This document shows, in pieces, positions 59,140 to 64,000 of a stretch of DNA of 64,000 nucleotides (within the stretch, counting starts at the first letter, position 1; every line of letters starts with the position of its first letter). The notes below the pieces were generated by a model. It was not told where the DNA came from. It was given only the letters and a program-made list of their open reading frames with translations, and searched no databases. This DNA is from an uncultured Pseudobdellovibrionaceae bacterium. GTDB lineage: Bacteria; Bdellovibrionota; FAC87; UBA2466. A program made the translations under genes and the position numbers. The DNA is taken from positions 790 through 64,789 of the forward strand of contig CAZRVZ010000045.1 of NCBI GenBank assembly GCA_964603655.1, written 5' to 3'.

Positions 59140-59576
59140 GCTCGCTTTTCCAAAGATGACAGGAGTTCAATTCTTCGGGCATGACGTCCACCCAGAAATT
59201 GCGAACTCAAAAACGTGCGACAGATGTCGAGCGCAACCTCAGGACCGATAAGACGGGCGCCGAGACACACGATATTGGCATCATTATGCTCGCGTGAAAG
59301 CCTGGCCGCCGTTACATCGGTTACCACCGCGGCCCTCGCACCGAGTACCTTGTTGGCCGCAATTCCAATTCCGATACCAGAGCCGCAAACGAGAATGCCA
59401 AGCGCATTTTTGGAGACGACCTCTCGAGCCGTGAGATCACCAAATTCCGGATAATCGCAGGATTCATCGCTGTGGCAGCCACAGTCGGAAAACTCCCATT
59501 GATCACTCTGTAACTTTGTAACGAGATATCTTTTCAACGCGAAACCCGCATGATCCGAACCGACAAAAATCTTCAT
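59136..59576 (-). CDS. rpiB: ribose-5-phosphate isomerase B
   Basis: [15 protein letters not shown]...[16 protein letters not shown]. Confidence 0.85.
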   Translation of the reverse strand: MKIFVGSDHAGFALKRYLVTKLQSDQWEFSDCGCHSDESCDYPEFGDLTAREVVSKNALGILVCGSGIGIGIAANKVLGARAAVVTDVTAARLSREHNDANIVCLGARLIGPEVALDICRTFLSSQFLGGRHARRIELLSSLEKRA

Positions 59577-60805
59577 GTACGCTTAAAGATCAGCGACGCA
59601 TTGGTCCCGCCGAACCCAAATGAATTGGTCAAAGCAAACTGAATTGTTTTCTCCTGTGGCGTATTCGGCACGAAGTTTAAGTCGCACTCAGGACTGGGAT
59701 TCTCCAGATTAATCGTTGGAGGGGCAGTCTGATTCGTTAACGCCTGCACACAGTACATCGCCTCGACCGCGCCAGCAGCACCGAGCAGGTGCCCAGTCAT
59801 CGATTTAGTAGAACTCACCATCAGTTTCCTCGCGTGATCCCCAAACACGCTCTTTAAAGCCTGAGTCTCCATGACATCTCCAATGGGAGTGGATGTACCG
59901 TGGGCGTTCACGTAATTAATCGCATCTGGTGCCAAGCCCGCGTCCTTTAGAGCTAGCCGCATACACCGTGCCCCGCCCTCACCGTTGGGACTCGGCTGGG
60001 TCATGTGGTAGGCATCGGCGTTAAGGCCGTAACCCACGACCTCGGCCAATAGTGTGGCTCCCCGTTTTTTTGCATGGTCAAACTCTTCCAGAATCAGTAC
60101 CGCAGCGCCCTCACCCATAACGAAGCCATCGCGATCGCGATCGAAAGGACGAGACGCTCTTTGGGGTTCCTCATTTCGAGAGGACAGCGCCCTGAGTGCG
60201 CAAAATCCCGCAACTCCCAATTCGCAGATAACCGCCTCAGCTCCGCCCGCGAGCATCACATCGACATCTCCGCGCTGAATCAGGCGATAGGCCTCTCCGA
60301 TACTGTGAGCGCTGGAGGAGCATGCGGTAGTGATGCAGGTATTAGGACCTCGAAATCCATATTTTATCGAAATCTGACCGGCTGCCATATTGGCTATTAC
60401 CATCGGGATAAAAAAAGGGGACACACGGCGCGGTCCCTTATCCACCAACTCTTGATACTGAGCCTGAATTTCGCCCAGTCCGCCCAGGCCGACACCGATA
60501 CAGCACCCGATTCGATCGAGATCTTCCCTCGACCGATCGATATCGCTCGCCGCAAAGGCCTCATCAGCCGCCACTAGGGCAAACTGAATGAAACGCTCCA
60601 TCTTCTTGATCTCTTTTATCGGGATATGTTTTTCGGGCTCGTACCGCTTCACTTCACCGGCAATTCTGCAACTGTACTGCGAAGCATCGAACAGCGAAAT
60701 GGGGCCAATTCCAGAAGCTCCCTGCATGAGGGCATTCCAGTTCTCGGGAGCCGTCGATCCAATGGGACTAATGGCCCCGATGCCGGTGACGACTACGCGA
60801 CCCAT
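59573..60805 (-). CDS. fabF: beta-ketoacyl-ACP synthase II
   Basis: Active-site TTACSSS (Cys), HGTSTPIGD and GHLLGAAG (His/His). Confidence 0.9.
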   Translation of the reverse strand: MGRVVVTGIGAISPIGSTAPENWNALMQGASGIGPISLFDASQYSCRIAGEVKRYEPEKHIPIKEIKKMERFIQFALVAADEAFAASDIDRSREDLDRIGCCIGVGLGGLGEIQAQYQELVDKGPRRVSPFFIPMVIANMAAGQISIKYGFRGPNTCITTACSSSAHSIGEAYRLIQRGDVDVMLAGGAEAVICELGVAGFCALRALSSRNEEPQRASRPFDRDRDGFVMGEGAAVLILEEFDHAKKRGATLLAEVVGYGLNADAYHMTQPSPNGEGGARCMRLALKDAGLAPDAINYVNAHGTSTPIGDVMETQALKSVFGDHARKLMVSSTKSMTGHLLGAAGAVEAMYCVQALTNQTAPPTINLENPSPECDLNFVPNTPQEKTIQFALTNSFGFGGTNASLIFKRT

Positions 60806-60810
60806 AATGA

Positions 60811-61044
60811 TTAGTTAACCTTGGTCTTGATATAATTGACGACGTCGTTGACCGTCTTGATTTTTTCGGCGTCTTCATCGGGGATTTCCAGGTCAAATTC
60901 CTCTTCCATCGTCATTACCAATTCCACAATATCCAAGGAGTCGGCACCCAAATCGTCAATAAATGAGGCCTCTGGTGTCACACTCTCCGCATCGACACCC
61001 AACTGCTCGACAATGATGCCTTTCACCTTTTCGTCTACTGACAT
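60811..61044 (-). CDS. acpP: acyl carrier protein
   Basis: 77 aa with phosphopantetheine attachment site [13 protein letters not shown]. Confidence 0.9.
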   Translation of the reverse strand: MSVDEKVKGIIVEQLGVDAESVTPEASFIDDLGADSLDIVELVMTMEEEFDLEIPDEDAEKIKTVNDVVNYIKTKVN

Positions 61045-61065
61045 ATCCGTCTCCTCAAATGGTTG

Positions 61066-61100
61066 AAAAAAGTAGGGGCAACTCTACCCCACAAGATTTA
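61066..61100 (-). terminator. putative rho-independent terminator after the C11 peptidase gene
   Basis: Minus strand reads GTGGGGtagagttgCCCCTAC followed by TTTTTT. The stem is 6 bp with one G-U pair. Confidence 0.35.
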
Positions 61101-61129
61101 CCTAAGCAAGCCGAGGTTCTCTTTGCCAT

Positions 61130-62797
61130 CTACTTGAAATACTTCTGAAAAATAAGGGCTCCCCAGTTTAACATTTTTGAAAACCGGGTATCGGCATAGG
61201 CCAAGGGGCCAAAGACCCACGCTCCATTTACCAATGCATAGTTTTCAAGGAGAACCGGGTCCAACTCGGTTTGAATCTGTAATGCTAACCCTCGGTTTCT
61301 GGCGGCACCAGAGGTATGTCCCTGAAAAACATAGGCAGAGGTTTTCGCAAAACTTTCCTGAATATAGTACGTCGCGGCTTGAGTAATTCGCTCGCTCGAA
61401 AGAATCTCACCGCGCGGTCCAAGCCACTCGACCCGCGCCCACAGCGACCCCGCAATAAATGGACGCAGAGAAAGCGGCTCTCCGGCCGCAGGAAGCGCGG
61501 CAATATCCTTCATTTTCACGGCAAAAAACCTTTCGCCATAACGATCGTAAACCGTCCACTGGGCACCCTCGATCGCCTTAAGTCTTGGATTTAGGTATTT
61601 AAACTGCTCCTGTGCAGCAGTGAGGGCGACACTCTTTTCAGCCACCTCGTCCCCTTGAACCCACACCCTAAGATACTTTGCGCTCGCTGGAACCCGTAAG
61701 GAATGGAATAGCCCGTCCGGAGCCTCGGTGACCCCGAGTTGCCCCAGAAGTTCGCTAGCCCTCTGAGGGAGATCCGAACCCACTCCATAACGAGCCACAC
61801 CTTCCAATAGTTCGGTGAGGTCGATGTTTCCCATGAGATCCTGATGCACGCTATTTTCTTCTTCGAGAAAAATCTTGCCAAAATTTTCAAGCCCTTTGAG
61901 ATCACCCACAAATTTCCACAATGGATCCAGTGCCTGGAGCCGAATGCCAAAGAGTCCGATGGCGGACAGGTCCCCCTCGTCAGCCACCTGCGATCCGCCG
62001 CGAGCAAACGACCTCAGAAGGTCCCGCCCGGATAAGCGGATGAGAGTCTCAAGATCACCCCAGGAATGTCTGAGCATCGCTTCATAATCAAAAGACATGT
62101 AACTCATCTGAGTACTGGCTGCGGTTAGGTAATGGGCTAGGTTTCGCAGAGAGTAGGCAATCTCCATAACCCCCCCGCGGCAGGTATCCATCACTACCCA
62201 ATCTAGCTTCGCTCCGCCCAATGACTCAGCCAGAGACTCAGAAAGACTGGTCTCCAGATCGTTGATCGGCATGAGACTGAAATTTCTTTCGGGAGCCGTC
62301 GAATGGGCCGCAAATCCTGGACGGAAGTCCTGCATCACTCCTCTCCACCCCCACGAGTGGCCAAGTAGAAATAATGCAGTGTGATCGGCAGGGTAATTCG
62401 CCATGCCCCACCGCACAAAATGGGCGAGTTCCTGCCCCGAGGCCGAATCACTCTCTTTGTCGCCCCGCCAAACTATCGGTGACGCAATTTTTAACGTCGA
62501 ATAATCCCCGGGAATTACCGGGCCGGGAAAATGGCCAATCTCATACCGCACGGCCGGCTCCTCAACCATCATTTCTCCCGACTCGTCAAAATGAAAATCG
62601 GCGTGGGCGACAATCCAACGATCATCGGTTGACCCTACTTGTTCCATCTTTCTGAGGGGGACTCGGGAGTAACGATCGATCTCGGCCTCATCACCCGCGA
62701 CGTAGACCAACACGGTCCACGCTTTTTTAGGCTGAGCACCGGTGGCTGAAATACCCATTAAGAATGAAAATACGACCACTAGCCAACCCATGTTCAC
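61130..62797 (-). CDS. secreted clostripain-like cysteine peptidase (family C11)
   Basis: Signal peptide. WTVLVYVAGDEAEI (C11 N-terminal motif). LLGHSWGWRG (His). VVMDTCRGGVME (Cys) catalytic dyad. Confidence 0.55.
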   Translation of the reverse strand: MNMGWLVVVFSFLMGISATGAQPKKAWTVLVYVAGDEAEIDRYSRVPLRKMEQVGSTDDRWIVAHADFHFDESGEMMVEEPAVRYEIGHFPGPVIPGDYSTLKIASPIVWRGDKESDSASGQELAHFVRWGMANYPADHTALFLLGHSWGWRGVMQDFRPGFAAHSTAPERNFSLMPINDLETSLSESLAESLGGAKLDWVVMDTCRGGVMEIAYSLRNLAHYLTAASTQMSYMSFDYEAMLRHSWGDLETLIRLSGRDLLRSFARGGSQVADEGDLSAIGLFGIRLQALDPLWKFVGDLKGLENFGKIFLEEENSVHQDLMGNIDLTELLEGVARYGVGSDLPQRASELLGQLGVTEAPDGLFHSLRVPASAKYLRVWVQGDEVAEKSVALTAAQEQFKYLNPRLKAIEGAQWTVYDRYGERFFAVKMKDIAALPAAGEPLSLRPFIAGSLWARVEWLGPRGEILSSERITQAATYYIQESFAKTSAYVFQGHTSGAARNRGLALQIQTELDPVLLENYALVNGAWVFGPLAYADTRFSKMLNWGALIFQKYFK

Positions 62798-62853
62798 CCC
62801 CGAGCAATGAAAGGTTGCATTTTCGAATCGATCCGTTTGAATTTCAACGAGAA

Positions 62854-63522
62854 ATGTCGTGGAAAAACCTCAATCAGCAAATAATTAAGTGTCAGCGATG
62901 CCCCAGGTTACTAACGCATTGCGTCTCGATCGCTCGTCAAAAGAAACGGCAGTTCGCAGGCGATGTTTATTGGGGACGTCCGGTTCCCGGCTTCGGAGCC
63001 GGAGACGCTTCACTCTGGATTATCGGATTGGCTCCAGCCGCTCATGGCGCCAACCGAACCGGCCGCATGTTTACCGGTGATAGTAGCGGAGACTGGCTCT
63101 TTTCGGCCCTCAATCGGGTAGGTCTTGCGCGACTCGGCACCTCTCAATCAAAACTCGACGGTAATGCATTAATACACACCTATATTTCGGCAGCTGCCAG
63201 GTGTGCGCCACCAGACAATCGCCCCACCCCGTTCGAACTGAAGAATTGTTTTCCCTATCTCGAGGAAGAGTTGCGACTCCTCTCCAATCTACGGGTCATA
63301 CTGCCGCTCGGCAGAATTGCTTATGATTCCACATCGCGGCTACTCAAAACAATTTATCCCGAGCTCCGCCCACCGAAATTCGGCCATGCAGTGGTTTATG
63401 ACGTCGGACCGTTACATGTATTGGCGTCGTACCATCCCAGTCGACAAAACACCCAGACAGGACGTCTGACGCAAACAATGTGGGATGGAATTTTCTCGAA
63501 GGCGAAAGAGTTGTTGGGCTAG
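62854..63522 (+). CDS. uracil-DNA glycosylase superfamily protein (family 4/5-like, Fe-S type)
   Basis: CQRCPRL Cys motif and GLAPAAHGANRTGRMFTGDSSGDWL motif. Start taken at MSWKN; the longer upstream ORF would overlap the C11 gene. Confidence 0.65.
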   Translation: MSWKNLNQQIIKCQRCPRLLTHCVSIARQKKRQFAGDVYWGRPVPGFGAGDASLWIIGLAPAAHGANRTGRMFTGDSSGDWLFSALNRVGLARLGTSQSKLDGNALIHTYISAAARCAPPDNRPTPFELKNCFPYLEEELRLLSNLRVILPLGRIAYDSTSRLLKTIYPELRPPKFGHAVVYDVGPLHVLASYHPSRQNTQTGRLTQTMWDGIFSKAKELLG

Positions 63523-63544
63523 ATGGATGGAAATTGGGTGCCAG

Positions 63545-63886
63545 CTATTTCGGCCATTCGACGAGTTTACCAGGCACTAAGACTATAGGTGAGCTCTTCC
63601 ATGCCTTTTCAAATTCGATGCAATAGGTCTTCGCGTCGCTCTGATCGATTACAAGCAGCACGATTGAAAATTGGCTGGCATTTTTCAAGGTAGTAGCTGC
63701 CGATTTATGAAACCGACGATCTCGGGTCAAGATCCCATCAAACTTATACTCGATTGCTTTGGCGGCCAGCGCCCCATTTTCCAACATATCCCAGTTCAAT
63801 TCTAGGGCCGTTTGGCAGGTGATTCCTAATTTAGATAAGACGCCCTTGAGCTTTCGAGGAACGTTATGATCAAGCAGCAATGTCAT
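63545..63886 (-). CDS. DUF5615-family (PIN-like) toxin component
   Basis: 113 aa MTLLLDHNVPRKLKGVLSKLGITCQ. Its start ATG is embedded in the stop of the upstream DUF433 ORF (AAATGA), the typical DUF433-DUF5615 pair. Confidence 0.5.
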   Translation of the reverse strand: MTLLLDHNVPRKLKGVLSKLGITCQTALELNWDMLENGALAAKAIEYKFDGILTRDRRFHKSAATTLKNASQFSIVLLVIDQSDAKTYCIEFEKAWKSSPIVLVPGKLVEWPK

Positions 63887-64000
63887 TTTTGAAATTCTTG
63901 GTCAGTAACGCGGCAAATCGCAAAACATCGGGTACGGACCCCGTCGGAAAGTTTCCATAATCTTCATTGATCTGTTCGGGGGTCATCCCGTCCGCGAGAC
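63870..64000 (-). CDS. DUF433-family antitoxin-like protein, C-terminal fragment; runs off the window end
   Basis: Minus-strand translation ...LADGMTPEQINEDYGNFPTGSVPDVLRFAALLTKNFKNDIAA* matches the DUF433 C-terminal consensus. Confidence 0.5.
   Translation of the reverse strand, partial: LADGMTPEQINEDYGNFPTGSVPDVLRFAALLTKNFKNDIAA

Overview
This 64-kb window looks like part of a Gram-negative chromosome with roughly 50% GC, possibly Bdellovibrionota- or deltaproteobacteria-like, but that is inference only. Coding density is high and most genes lie on the minus strand.

**Core segments.**
- 1 to about 35 kb: partial recN, an M49 dipeptidyl-peptidase III, a vapBC toxin-antitoxin pair, a sigma-54 two-component system, and a minD/parA-rodZ-like-rluD-pgeF operon.
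- It continues with a rimI...glpX operon, dut, an M16 peptidase, and the conserved cluster pnp-rpsO / truB-rbfA-infB-nusA-rimP followed by mrcA (PBP1A).
- 53.8 to 64 kb: ppsR, a 2-hydroxyacid dehydrogenase, hflX, nusB, glyA, rpiB, fabF, acpP, a clostripain-like C11 peptidase, a UDG-family glycosylase and a DUF433/DUF5615 toxin-antitoxin pair at the edge.

**Accessory island (about 34.9 to 53.8 kb).** It holds only secreted or lipoprotein ORFs with no recognisable enzymatic domain:
- a 535-aa protein, a 1244-aa protein and a giant 3515-aa protein, each with a signal peptide and an internal hydrophobic segment;
- a degenerate metallophosphoesterase-like lipoprotein, a 267-aa secreted protein, and a small ribbon-helix-helix-like ORF.
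- The island ends in a perfect 38-bp inverted repeat.

**Other unusual signals.**
- A roughly 290-aa Arg/Gly/Asp-rich tail on PNPase, built from sixteen 15-bp tandem repeats, with the M16 peptidase start codon embedded in the pnp stop.
- A 182-bp imperfect palindromic element where hfq would be expected, upstream of hflX.
- Palindromic operator-like sites in the island's divergent promoter.
- A terminator/attenuator hairpin abutting the rimP start.

No rRNA, tRNA, CRISPR array, transposase or integrase was found.

Every call rests on reading the ORF translations for family motifs. No database search was run.
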